This document shows, in pieces, positions 10,804 through 18,709 of a stretch of DNA of 64,000 nucleotides; the stretch's first letter is position 1; each line of letters opens with the position of its first letter. A program made the position numbers and the translations under genes. The notes under the pieces are model-generated. The model had not been told where the DNA came from, made no database searches, and worked only from the letters and a program-made list of their open reading frames with translations. Source of the DNA: Gemmatimonadota bacterium (GTDB taxonomy: Bacteria; Gemmatimonadota; Gemmatimonadetes; Gemmatimonadales; GWC2-71-9); contig JAZDCY010000033.1 in assembly GCA_036679645.1 (NCBI GenBank), forward strand, positions 13,700 to 77,699. Reading direction: 5' to 3'.

Positions 10804-11136
10804 ATGACGACGTTGCCCAGACACCGACCGCCAACCCACCCGGGTGAGATGCTCCTTGAGGAGTTCTTGGTACCTCTCGACATGAGCCAGTCAGAACTCG
10901 CGGACCGGATCCATGTGTCTTATCCACGCGTGAATGAGCTCGTGAACGGAAAGCGAGGTGTCACGCCGGACACCGCTCTACGCCTCGCGAAGCTGCTCGG
11001 GACAACACCAGAATTCTGGCTGAACGGGCAGCAGAACTGGGACTTGTGGCATGCCGTGCACGCGCCCCAAGCAGTCGAACTTCGGGAGATCCGTCCGGTG
11101 TCACGCCGCTCGCGGAGCAAAGCGAGTTTCGCCTAA
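10804..11136 (+). CDS. higA: HigA antitoxin (XRE HTH)
   Basis: THPGEMLLEEFL, GKRGVTPDTALRL, FWLNGQ. Confidence 0.95.
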   Translation: MTTLPRHRPPTHPGEMLLEEFLVPLDMSQSELADRIHVSYPRVNELVNGKRGVTPDTALRLAKLLGTTPEFWLNGQQNWDLWHAVHAPQAVELREIRPVSRRSRSKASFA

Positions 11137-11180
11137 CTAGTCGCTCAGACCTGCAAGATGCATGAAAAAAGTTCGGTCAC
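11131..11180 (+). repeat. Repeat C copy 1, beginning with GCCTAAC
   Basis: 39 bp (11142-11180) match 16478-16516 with one mismatch. Confidence 0.85.
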
Positions 11181-11181
11181 G

Positions 11182-11844
11182 TTACCGTTCTCGTTCTTGT
11201 AGGGGATCGTCCGTCGTGTCCGTATAGTGGGCTGCTTCACATGCAGGACAAATCCCGTGTGAGAACCGCGCCTCAGAGTGCTGACTCACGTAGGTCTCAA
11301 GTTTCTGCCAGAATCCCTTGTCATTCCTGATGCTCTTGCAGTGCGAACAGATAGGCACGAGGCCCTTCAGCGTCTTGATATTGTCCAGGGCATGCTGCAG
11401 AGCGCGGTTCGCTTGCTCCAACTCCGCTGTTCTCTGCTCTAATCCTACCTCCGCCTTCCTGCGCAGCGTAATATCCTGAACAAGACAGCTCACGCCGATG
11501 ATTCTTCCATTACCATCAGCGGTAATAGGGTGATAGTTGTGCATGAAGGTCCGCCGCACGCCTATTTGTGCCGGGGTCTCCGCCTCGATCGTTCCCTCGA
11601 TGATGGATGTGCGCGTCTTCATCACCATGCGCAGTTGAGCCTCGATTCCAGCCGCAACATTGGGAATCACTTCGCCCACCGTTCGTCCCAGGTGCTTCTC
11701 GACAGGCAAACCGTTCAGCCGGGCCAGCCATCGGTTGATGTACAGGTAGCGCAGGTCGGTGTCGAAGTAACAAAGGCCTACCGCCGCGTCGTCATAGGCG
11801 CAACGAAGGATCGCCTCGGAAGGGCGCTTCGCGGGCTCGCTCAT
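11182..11844 (-). CDS. PAS-domain protein with C-terminal Cys-rich domain
   Basis: PAS_4-like N-terminus; PICSHCKSIR..W..FSHGICPAC. Confidence 0.85.
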   Translation of the reverse strand: MSEPAKRPSEAILRCAYDDAAVGLCYFDTDLRYLYINRWLARLNGLPVEKHLGRTVGEVIPNVAAGIEAQLRMVMKTRTSIIEGTIEAETPAQIGVRRTFMHNYHPITADGNGRIIGVSCLVQDITLRRKAEVGLEQRTAELEQANRALQHALDNIKTLKGLVPICSHCKSIRNDKGFWQKLETYVSQHSEARFSHGICPACEAAHYTDTTDDPLQERER

Positions 11845-11957
11845 ACGTCTTCACTCCTAGCAACGTGTCAATAGGGATTTGCTTTCCCCGGCTGGCCAAG
11901 CGCTTCAAAGATAGCATGCCGCCAGTTTGACGTGATCCTGCGGGTGTGGAAGTGGAA

Positions 11958-12380
11958 CTACGACTGCTCCCCGAACGCCGCGATTTCTTGGGCGTACGCC
12001 GAATCGAACTCCAGAGCCTCAACTAGTCGCGAAAGCTCGTTCGCGTAGGCTGGATTCGCCCCGGTTAGGCCCAATTCGCGAGGCAGGTTGTAACAGTACG
12101 CCTCGACAACCTGGTTGCTTGCCAACAGCGCCACCTGGACGCGCTCTCGTTTGTACGCGCGAACACTCGGTTCCGAGTAGAGCGCATGAGCTTCTTGCTC
12201 CGAGAGCTCCATCACGATTCCATAGGCCCGACTCGAAGCGGACGGCAACAATGTCGCTCGCTCGCCGATGTGGATTCGGTAGTCGGAAAGCACCGCTGGC
12301 CCAATAGTTTCAGGGTGAAAACCCTTCTCGGCGAGAAGAGTCCGATCCATGAAGAGGCCGTAAAAGAAAATCTTGCTCAT
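11958..12380 (-). CDS. Gamma-glutamylcyclotransferase-like protein (cassette gene)
   Basis: IFFYGLFMD; ATG lies 16 bp after GTTAGGC. Confidence 0.8.
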   Translation of the reverse strand: MSKIFFYGLFMDRTLLAEKGFHPETIGPAVLSDYRIHIGERATLLPSASSRAYGIVMELSEQEAHALYSEPSVRAYKRERVQVALLASNQVVEAYCYNLPRELGLTGANPAYANELSRLVEALEFDSAYAQEIAAFGEQS

Positions 12381-12396
12381 AGGTGTCGAGCTGTCC

Positions 12397-12560
12397 GCCT
12401 AACTAGTAATTGGACTGCATATGTCCATATGCACCCCACTCGCGAGAAGGCGCTGGGGCGAGGGGACTTCGTTACTAACCGCACTCCTGGTACTGGGAAG
12501 CCCCTGAACACGCGATCTCGGTCCAATCTCGCAGTGAGCGGTATCTTCTAAGGCGAGCCG
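12397..12560 (-). repeat. Repeat B (attI-like or long attC-like), ending in GTTAGGC
   Basis: gcagtccaattactaGTTAGGC on the minus strand; core cgcgatctcggtccaatctcgcagtgagcgg. Confidence 0.8.
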
Positions 12561-12635
12561 CGCGATGACGGGGCACAACCCAACGACTTCCTTACCGCAC
12601 GTTAGTGCCCGCCAACTGCAAGCGCGTGTTTGGCG
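12561..12635 (-). other. Left half of an attC-like site
   Basis: Stop codon followed by GCCAAACacgcgcttgcagttggcggg; joined to repeat B. Confidence 0.55.
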
Positions 12636-12639
12636 CCCG

Positions 12640-12813
12640 CTAGAACTCCCGCTTCTTCATTTCTGAGAAGAAGCTTTGCCGTTCTGTATCCTCGTCCGTG
12701 TCCAGAGGCAAAGTGTCGTCGTGCCGACGCCGCGCCTTTCCTTTCGACTTGGCAGCCTTCGCAGCGTTCTTTCTCACCAAAGCGGCCAACTTCTTATCAT
12801 CGCTGGTTGACAT
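12640..12813 (-). CDS. Small charged hypothetical protein (cassette gene)
   Basis: GGAG RBS, 57 aa, bounded by attC-like sites. Confidence 0.6.
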   Translation of the reverse strand: MSTSDDKKLAALVRKNAAKAAKSKGKARRRHDDTLPLDTDEDTERQSFFSEMKKREF

Positions 12814-12864
12814 CGTTGCCACTCCAAACAGTCTCGAGGTGGATCCGTCTGCGGTGTGCGGTGC

Positions 12865-13010
12865 TCCCAACATCCCTACGTATCATTTGCGGGCGACGTG
12901 CCCGTGAGCAACTTGCGTAGACTGAACGTGCACAATCCTCCAAAGCTCACTACTCAACGACCTCCTTACGCCACGGACGCGCCCGCCAGTCTGCAAGCAC
13001 TTAACTTGGC
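12865..13010 (-). other. attC-like site
   Basis: GCCAAGTtaagtgcttgcagactggcgggcgcgt ... acgtcgcccgcaaatgatacgtagggatGTTGGGA with imperfect inverted arms. Confidence 0.55.
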
Positions 13011-13017
13011 GGGCCGC

Positions 13018-13191
13018 TCACTGGTAGCGGATCGCATAGTAGATGACGTAGACCCACGACAAGAAACCATGGATTATCGCCCACAGAATTGACTTGTTGG
13101 CACTCCACGAGATGGCAATGGCCAGCGCTGCGCCGAAGCCGATGCCTGCCTTGGCGGCGTCCTTGGAGCCACTCCCCTTCTTTTCGCTCAT
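13018..13191 (-). CDS. Small membrane protein (57 aa; absent from the ORF track)
   Basis: MSEKKGSGSKDAAKAGIGFGAALAIAISWSANKSILWAIIHGFLSWVYVIYYAIRYQ; follows GTTAGGC. Confidence 0.8.
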   Translation of the reverse strand: MSEKKGSGSKDAAKAGIGFGAALAIAISWSANKSILWAIIHGFLSWVYVIYYAIRYQ

Positions 13192-13213
13192 CCGGTACCC
13201 CCTGAGGCGGTCC

Positions 13214-13388
13214 GCCTAACTTGTAATTGGACTGCATACCTCCATAATGCTACATCGCGCTCGCGACATAGCGAACGCGCTGGGCGGGAGTAGCCTTCCT
13301 TACCACCGCACTCCGGCTATAGGGAACCCCTGAACGCGCGATCTCGGTCCAATCTCGCAGGGAGCGGTACCTTCTAAAGGCGAGCCGT
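13214..13388 (-). repeat. Repeat B copy ending in GTTAGGC
   Basis: gcagtccaattacaaGTTAGGC; same core as the copy at 12397. Confidence 0.8.
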
Positions 13389-13490
13389 GCATCAGTAGTC
13401 GGCGTTGCTGTACTGCAGAAGGGCCGCACAACAATGCGACTGGTGGTCAGTGTAGGATGAGCCGTACCTCTTTGAACCAGAGGGAGTCCG

Positions 13491-13697
13491 ATGGACGCTG
13501 ACAAGAAAGCCAAGATCGCCCGGGTACTTGGCTACATCTTGCTGGCGGTCGGCGTGCTGAATCTCACGCTTGCCGGTGTGCAATTGGCCCGGGATCGGAC
13601 CCAGGAGGGGTCACTTTTCGTGACTGGTTTCGTGGCCCTCGGGATGGGCATCATCATGGTTTCCCGAGGGAGGCAGAAGCCCACGCCCCGAGCTTAG
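13491..13697 (+). CDS. Small two-TM membrane protein
   Basis: AGGGAG RBS; two hydrophobic helices. Confidence 0.7.
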   Translation: MDADKKAKIARVLGYILLAVGVLNLTLAGVQLARDRTQEGSLFVTGFVALGMGIIMVSRGRQKPTPRA

Positions 13698-13716
13698 CGA
13701 CGTGGTTGGCGTAGGG

Positions 13717-13828
13717 ATGAGATCAATGCAACGCGATGCTACCGCACTCCGAATATTGGCAAGGTTATGCACGCGCGATCTCGGTCCAATCTCGCAGTGA
13801 GCGGCATGTTCTAAGGCGGAACGAGCGG
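13717..13828. repeat. Partial repeat B copy
   Basis: atgagatcaatgc..ctaccgcactcc..cgcgcgatctcggtccaatctcgcagtgagcgg..ctaaggcg. Confidence 0.75.
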
Positions 13829-13897
13829 CGGGGCGCCGTGCCGCCCAAGCACACAACGCAACAGCTTCCCCACACGAACACGTCTGTCGTTGTGGAT

Positions 13898-13977
13898 CCC
13901 CCGATCGTCTTATTGATCCACGGGCACGGGAGTCGGAGCATCGCTGGAAAAGCTGACCGAGGCGATGAACCACTCGC
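13898..13977 (-). pseudogene. Duplicated 3' end of the DUF4440 gene
   Basis: 80 bp matching 9803-9882 with 3 mismatches. Confidence 0.85.
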
Positions 13978-14130
13978 GGGGCCCTGCGCGCGGTGTATCA
14001 CGGTAGTGCGCACCGGACCGTGCTCAAGGAGTTTACCCGCGCCTACCAGAGTCTGGTCGAGGACTCCACGCGTGTGATGCTCCGGCTCAAAGCATTGCTC
14101 CGCGCCCGGGGGATCAAGACGCCCGGTACC
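13978..14130 (+). pseudogene. Probable IS110-family transposase fragment
   Basis: GALRAVYHG..LKEFTRAYQSLVEDSTRVMLRLKALLRARGI resembles the IS110 coiled-coil region. Confidence 0.55.
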
Positions 14131-14173
14131 GAGCGCTTGCTAGGTGGCACCACAGTGTATTACATTGTATGAC

Positions 14174-14395
14174 ATGAAATCTACAGTACTGACCATTCGC
14201 CTTGATCGCGATCTCGAGCGCCAACTCCGACGCATCGCCCGTCGGACCGGCCGTAGCCGTAGCGACATCGTTCGAGAGGCGCTCCGACGCCAGCTCGCGC
14301 TGGCGCAGTTCGAGGACATCCGCCGCCGCATCATGCCGCTCGCTGAGGCTCGCGGATACCTCACCGATGAAGACGTCTTCCGCGATGTCTCTTGA
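14174..14395 (+). CDS. CopG/RHH antitoxin
   Basis: LTIRLD..L...ARRTGRSRSDIVREAL; overlaps the PIN gene start. Confidence 0.9.
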   Translation: MKSTVLTIRLDRDLERQLRRIARRTGRSRSDIVREALRRQLALAQFEDIRRRIMPLAEARGYLTDEDVFRDVS

Positions 14396-14793
14396 GGGTG
14401 GCCCTCGACACGAACATCCTCGTCGCCGCCGTGGCGACCCGCGGCCTCTGCGCCGACCTTCTTCGTGTCGTCCTCGCGGAGCATCAACTGATTCTCGGCC
14501 AAACAGTGCAGCGCGAGCTGCGCCGTGTTCTCCGATCGAAGCTCCGACTTGCTCCAGAAGTCATCACCGAATACGACGCATTCCTTGCGCGGCACGCAGT
14601 GCTTGCGGCGGCCACGGAGCCGGCCCCGATCTCCGTTCGAGATGCCTCCGACGAGCGCGTACTTGCGGAGGCCCTGGCAGGTGAGGCAGACGTTCTCGTA
14701 ACCGGAGATCAAGATCTTCTCAGCGTCGCGAGCGAGTCTCCGATACTGATTGTCGATCCGCGGGGGCTGTGGGAATCGCTGCGCGGGAGATGA
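14392..14793 (+). CDS. PIN-domain toxin (VapC-like)
   Basis: LDTNILV, RDASD, LVTGDQDLL. Confidence 0.9.
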   Translation: MRVALDTNILVAAVATRGLCADLLRVVLAEHQLILGQTVQRELRRVLRSKLRLAPEVITEYDAFLARHAVLAAATEPAPISVRDASDERVLAEALAGEADVLVTGDQDLLSVASESPILIVDPRGLWESLRGR

Positions 14794-14818
14794 CCAGGGA
14801 CACGCATCCGGCGGTGCC

Positions 14819-14998
14819 ACCTAGCTTGTAGTTGGACTGACCACCATATCGCCAGATGCTACACCCCGCTCGCGACATAGCAAACGCGCGGGGCGAGGGG
14901 AACTTCGATGCCACCGCACTCCGGATATCGGGAAGCCCTGAACGCGCGATCTCGGTCCAATCTCGCAGTGAGCGCTACCTTCTAAGGCGGAACGAGCG
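14819..14998. repeat. Repeat B copy
   Basis: acctagcttgtagttggactg..core..ctaaggcggaacgagcg. Confidence 0.8.
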
Positions 14999-15069
14999 CC
15001 TAAAGGCGCGTGCGGTGGGTGGCGTTTTGGTGGGAACACGAAGCCAGATCCCTCTTTCCAGAGGCACAG

Positions 15070-15978
15070 ATGGCTGTACCGGATTTCCAGAGCTGGTTCT
15101 TACCTCTCCTGAAGCGGGTAGCCGACGGAGAGAGTCACCGCCTGTCAGACCTCTACGAGGAGTTGGCGCAGGATCTTGACCTCTCGGACGAGGACCGCGC
15201 GGAAGAGTTGCCAAGCGGCAAGCAACTCACGTATCGCAACCGCATCGGTTGGGCCCGTACGTATCTGAAGAAGGCAGGGCTTCTTGAGTCGCCAGCCCGA
15301 GGCGAATGCAGAATAACAAAACGTGGAATCGAGGTTCTAGCACAGGACTTGGAGCGTGTGGATGTCAAATTCCTAAAGCAGTTTCCTGAGTTCGAGAAGT
15401 TCCACACCTATAAGCCTTCCGGCCCAGGTGAGGGGGGTCCGGACGGAGAGGTCGTCAGCGCCACGCCAGAAGAACTTCTCGAGCAGTCGCACGGGGCCCT
15501 CAAAGACAACGTCACGCAAGAGCTTTTGGAGCGCGTGAAGGCAGCACCCCCATCGTTCTTTGAGTCCCTAGTAGTGGATCTCCTTCTACGCATGGGTTAC
15601 GGCGGTTCACGCGAGGATGCCGGCAAGATCGTCGGCCGCTCCGGTGACGGTGGCGTCGATGGAGTGATCAACGAGGATCGACTTGGTCTTGATGTGGTAT
15701 ACATCCAAGCGAAGCGGTGGGAAAACACGGTTGGCCGACCGGTGGTTCAGGCCTTTGCCGGTAGCTTGGAAGGAGTCCGAGCACGCAAGGGCGTACTCAT
15801 TACAACGTCGGATTTCTCTTCTGAAGCGCGCCAGTACGTTTCCCAGATCGAAAAGCGCATCGTCCTGGTAACTGGCCAGCAGCTCGCGAACCTCATGTTC
15901 GAGCACAACATTGGCGTAAGCTCCGTTGCCTCGTATGAAGTGAAGAAGGTCGACACCGACTTCTTCGAGGAGGCGTAG
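15070..15978 (+). CDS. mrr: Mrr type IV restriction endonuclease
   Basis: Mrr_N (NRIGWARTYLKKAGL) and Mrr_cat (DGGVDG, YIQAKRW). Confidence 0.95.
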   Translation: MAVPDFQSWFLPLLKRVADGESHRLSDLYEELAQDLDLSDEDRAEELPSGKQLTYRNRIGWARTYLKKAGLLESPARGECRITKRGIEVLAQDLERVDVKFLKQFPEFEKFHTYKPSGPGEGGPDGEVVSATPEELLEQSHGALKDNVTQELLERVKAAPPSFFESLVVDLLLRMGYGGSREDAGKIVGRSGDGGVDGVINEDRLGLDVVYIQAKRWENTVGRPVVQAFAGSLEGVRARKGVLITTSDFSSEARQYVSQIEKRIVLVTGQQLANLMFEHNIGVSSVASYEVKKVDTDFFEEA

Positions 15979-16467
15979 GCCTTCGCACGACCCGCGCTAG
16001 GAGCTGCCGGGGGCTACGGGAGGGCACGTACCGTTGGGAACGACCAGCCGCATCAGAGCAACGGTTCGGGGCTGGCAGCCCGGTCAGTTCGCGATCGTTT
16101 GTCTTATCGCAATGGTGACCGAGGGTGGCCTCTACTGGGGCTATCGGGAGCTCGACGCTAGAGTCGACAGGATTGACAGATCCTGGGAACACTTGTTCGA
16201 GCTCCAGCAGCAGCGACTGCGAGATGGCTGTACATCCAGAACGGTGTCTTCGATTCCGCACAGGCGGCCACAGACTTCTTTGTCTCGGTAGTCGGCTCGA
16301 CGGCAGGCAAGCAAGATGCTCGGGCGGTACGCGATCTGGGGCATGGCATTATCACACCGGTCATGGTGCTCGTGTTTGTCGGGATGCTTGTTGTGTCGTG
16401 GCAGTGGTTTGGCCGAGGGTCGCCAGGGGCAACAGCACACAAGCCTGGGCCGCCATCGACCGGAGCA

Positions 16468-16516
16468 GCCTAGCACACGCTCAGACCCGCAAGATGCATG
16501 AAAAAAGTTCGGTCAC
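16468..16516 (+). repeat. Repeat C copy 2
   Basis: GCCTAGC followed by the 39-bp match to 11142-11180. Confidence 0.85.
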
Positions 16517-16574
16517 CAAACCCAGGGAGTAGCCCCGAGAAACAGACCAAGCTAACCACTTGGCTCTCTTATAG

Positions 16575-16592
16575 TTGCCCCGCCTGGGATCG
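16575..16592 (-). repeat. Duplicated 3' end of tRNA-Gln (att-like scar)
   Basis: ttgccccgcctgggatcg identical to 16669-16686. Confidence 0.8.
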
Positions 16593-16668
16593 CAGCCGCA
16601 GCGTCAGCAAGGCCGAGCCCCGGTGGGGCAAACGCAAAACGGCGCGGCTACCGCCGCGCCGTTTGCGA

Positions 16669-16741
16669 TTGCCCCGCCTGGGATCGAACCAGGACTCTTC
16701 TGATCCAGAGTCAGACGTGTTGCCAGTTACACCACGGGGCA
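16669..16741 (-). tRNA. tRNA-Gln(CTG)
   Basis: Cloverleaf TGCCCCG/CGGGGCA, anticodon loop CTCTGGA, TTCGATC. Confidence 0.95.
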
Positions 16742-16742
16742 G

Positions 16743-16815
16743 TGGAGCTGAGGGGGCTCGAACCCCTGACCTCCTGGGTGCGATCCAGGCGCTCTCCCAA
16801 CTGAGCTACAGCCCC
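16743..16815 (-). tRNA. tRNA-Ala(CGC)
   Basis: GGGGCTG/CAGCTCC with G3:U70; loop ATCGCAC. Confidence 0.95.
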
Positions 16816-17010
16816 TAAAAGCTAGACGCACAGACGCTCAGACGCGCAGACACGGAACCCCGCCAAAGTGTCGGCGGGGCCGGTGGAAGTCAAAGCTAGA
16901 AAGGCAGTTGTGGGGGGTCAAGGCTGGTGGGAGGACCCACTTGCCAACGGGGATGGAACACCTCGGCATTCCATGCGTTATTCAAGGCACCCCATGATTC
17001 CGGAGATTCC

Positions 17011-17724
17011 ATGACGCGTACTCCCCGTCGAGGTCGGTCGGCCCTCGCCGCTCCTCTTCTCCTGGCGGGACTGGCCTGCGGAGACGACAGCGGCTCGAAC
17101 CCGCAGCCCAATGCCTCCCCCAACACCACGCCAGCCGCCCTCACCATCGTGAGCGGCAACAACCAAACGGGCACCGTTGGCCAATCACTAAGCAGCGCCC
17201 TCGTCGTAAGCGTGAAGGATTCCGAAGGGGCGGCGTTGTCAGGCGTCAGTGTAGCATGGTCGGCCGTTACGGGTGGTGGTATGGCCACCTCACCGACGAC
17301 CAACACCAACGCGCAGGGAGAGGCCGCCACGACCTACACGCTCGGCGCCGTGGTTGGCGCCAACGAAGCGCGGGCCGCCGTCGCGGACATGACGAATCTC
17401 AATGCGACCTTCACCGCTACCGGTGCCGCCGCACCGCCACCCCCACCCCCACCACCACCGCCGCCCCCGCCGTCGGCCAACGTCTCCATCGAGGACAACT
17501 TCTACATGTCCAGCAACGTCACGGTCAGTAGTGGGCAAAGCGTCGCCTGGAACTGGAACGGCATGAACGCCCACAGCGTCACCTTCGACGCGCCCATGAA
17601 CGACGATTCGGGTGTCCAGAGCGCCGGGATGTTCACGGTGCAGTTCAGTAACCCGGGTACGTTCACCTACTTCTGCACCGTGCACGGGCGCGCCATCATG
17701 TCGGGCCAGGTGGTGGTGAACTAG
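17011..17724 (+). CDS. Lipoprotein: Ig-like domain, poly-Pro linker, cupredoxin domain
   Basis: LAC lipobox; IVSGNNQTGTVG; HSV..YFCTVH....MSG. Confidence 0.85.
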   Translation: MTRTPRRGRSALAAPLLLAGLACGDDSGSNPQPNASPNTTPAALTIVSGNNQTGTVGQSLSSALVVSVKDSEGAALSGVSVAWSAVTGGGMATSPTTNTNAQGEAATTYTLGAVVGANEARAAVADMTNLNATFTATGAAAPPPPPPPPPPPPPSANVSIEDNFYMSSNVTVSSGQSVAWNWNGMNAHSVTFDAPMNDDSGVQSAGMFTVQFSNPGTFTYFCTVHGRAIMSGQVVVN

Positions 17725-17819
17725 CGTGCGGCAAGACGGCGTGGACTGGCTGACGCCCAAGGGTAGGCGAGCGCGCTTGTCGGCATTAGCTTCGTGGCTA
17801 CCAGACCGGAGATCGATCC

Positions 17820-18167
17820 ATGAAGCCTGTCCCAGCTCCTCTCGCCATCGCCCTGCTGCTCGTCCCGCTCGCCGGATGCGGCGACGATACCGGCCAGAAC
17901 CCACAGCCCACGCCGATCACGGTCACGGTGGCAGACAACTCCTACAGCCCGACGACCGTGACACTTCCCACGGGCACGACCGTCAACTGGACCTGGACCG
18001 GGACCCAGCAACACGACGTGGTGTGGTCGGGGACCAATGCGCCTGCGGCAGCACCTCTTCAGGCCACCGGCACCTACCAACGCGTCTTCAACGCAACCGG
18101 CACGTTCGGATACTTCTGCTCCATTCACGTCGCGGAAGGAATGACGGGAACGATCATCATCCAGTAG
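17820..18167 (+). CDS. Plastocyanin-like cupredoxin lipoprotein
   Basis: LAGC lipobox; HDV..YFCSIH....MTG. Confidence 0.85.
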   Translation: MKPVPAPLAIALLLVPLAGCGDDTGQNPQPTPITVTVADNSYSPTTVTLPTGTTVNWTWTGTQQHDVVWSGTNAPAAAPLQATGTYQRVFNATGTFGYFCSIHVAEGMTGTIIIQ

Positions 18168-18187
18168 GCAGGCAGCACACCGACAGG

Positions 18188-18250
18188 CGCTCAGACGCTC
18201 AGACGCTCAGACGCTCAGACGCTCAGACGCTCAGACGCTCAGACGCTCAG
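18188..18250. repeat. Octamer tandem repeat (CGCTCAGA), about 8 copies
   Basis: Perfect tandem array; related units near 4522 and 16824. Confidence 0.95.
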
Positions 18251-18271
18251 TTCATGGCGCTACGCAGGGCG

Positions 18272-18287
18272 TGGCATACCGCAAGCA
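18272..18287 (+). promoter_or_regulatory. Possible sigma54 promoter
   Basis: TGGCATACCGCAAGCA (GG-N10-GC). Confidence 0.4.
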
Positions 18288-18315
18288 ATCAACGTGCTCT
18301 CAACAGGATTTTCTC

Positions 18316-18681
18316 ATGAATCGTGTTTCTCAGCTTTCCGCTGTTGTGGTTATTGTCGTGCTCGGTGCGTGCGGCGGCGACGACGCACAGCAACAGCCCA
18401 CCGGTCCCGGCCCATCCGGACCGACCGCGACGACGAGCGTCAACATTATCGACAACGGCTTCAGTCCGTCATCGAACAGCGCCACCGCCGGTCAGTCCGT
18501 CACGTGGAGTTGGACCGGAAACAATCCTCATAACGTCACCTTTGACGACCCGGCCATTGGGAATTCGAGCACGAAGACGAGCGGCGGGTTTACGCGGAGC
18601 TTCCCTACGGCGGGGTCGTTCACCTACTTCTGCACTGTACACGGTAGGTCGATCATGTCGGGCACGGTGACGGTGAACTAA
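18316..18681 (+). CDS. Plastocyanin-like cupredoxin lipoprotein
   Basis: LGAC lipobox; HNV..YFCTVH....MSG. Confidence 0.85.
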   Translation: MNRVSQLSAVVVIVVLGACGGDDAQQQPTGPGPSGPTATTSVNIIDNGFSPSSNSATAGQSVTWSWTGNNPHNVTFDDPAIGNSSTKTSGGFTRSFPTAGSFTYFCTVHGRSIMSGTVTVN

Positions 18682-18709
18682 AGAACGTTGAACGGTGAAC
18701 GTTCGACGT

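Noticed and set aside
12397..14998. Repeat B cores as a CRISPR array
   Set aside because: Spacing is irregular (hundreds of bp, containing genes), copies are degenerate, and there are no cas genes.
16034..16470. Possible frameshifted membrane protein after mrr
   Set aside because: Hydrophobic segments lie in different frames with no recognisable family; too weak to call.
17436..17471. C-rich low-complexity tract
   Set aside because: It simply encodes the poly-Pro linker of the lipoprotein.
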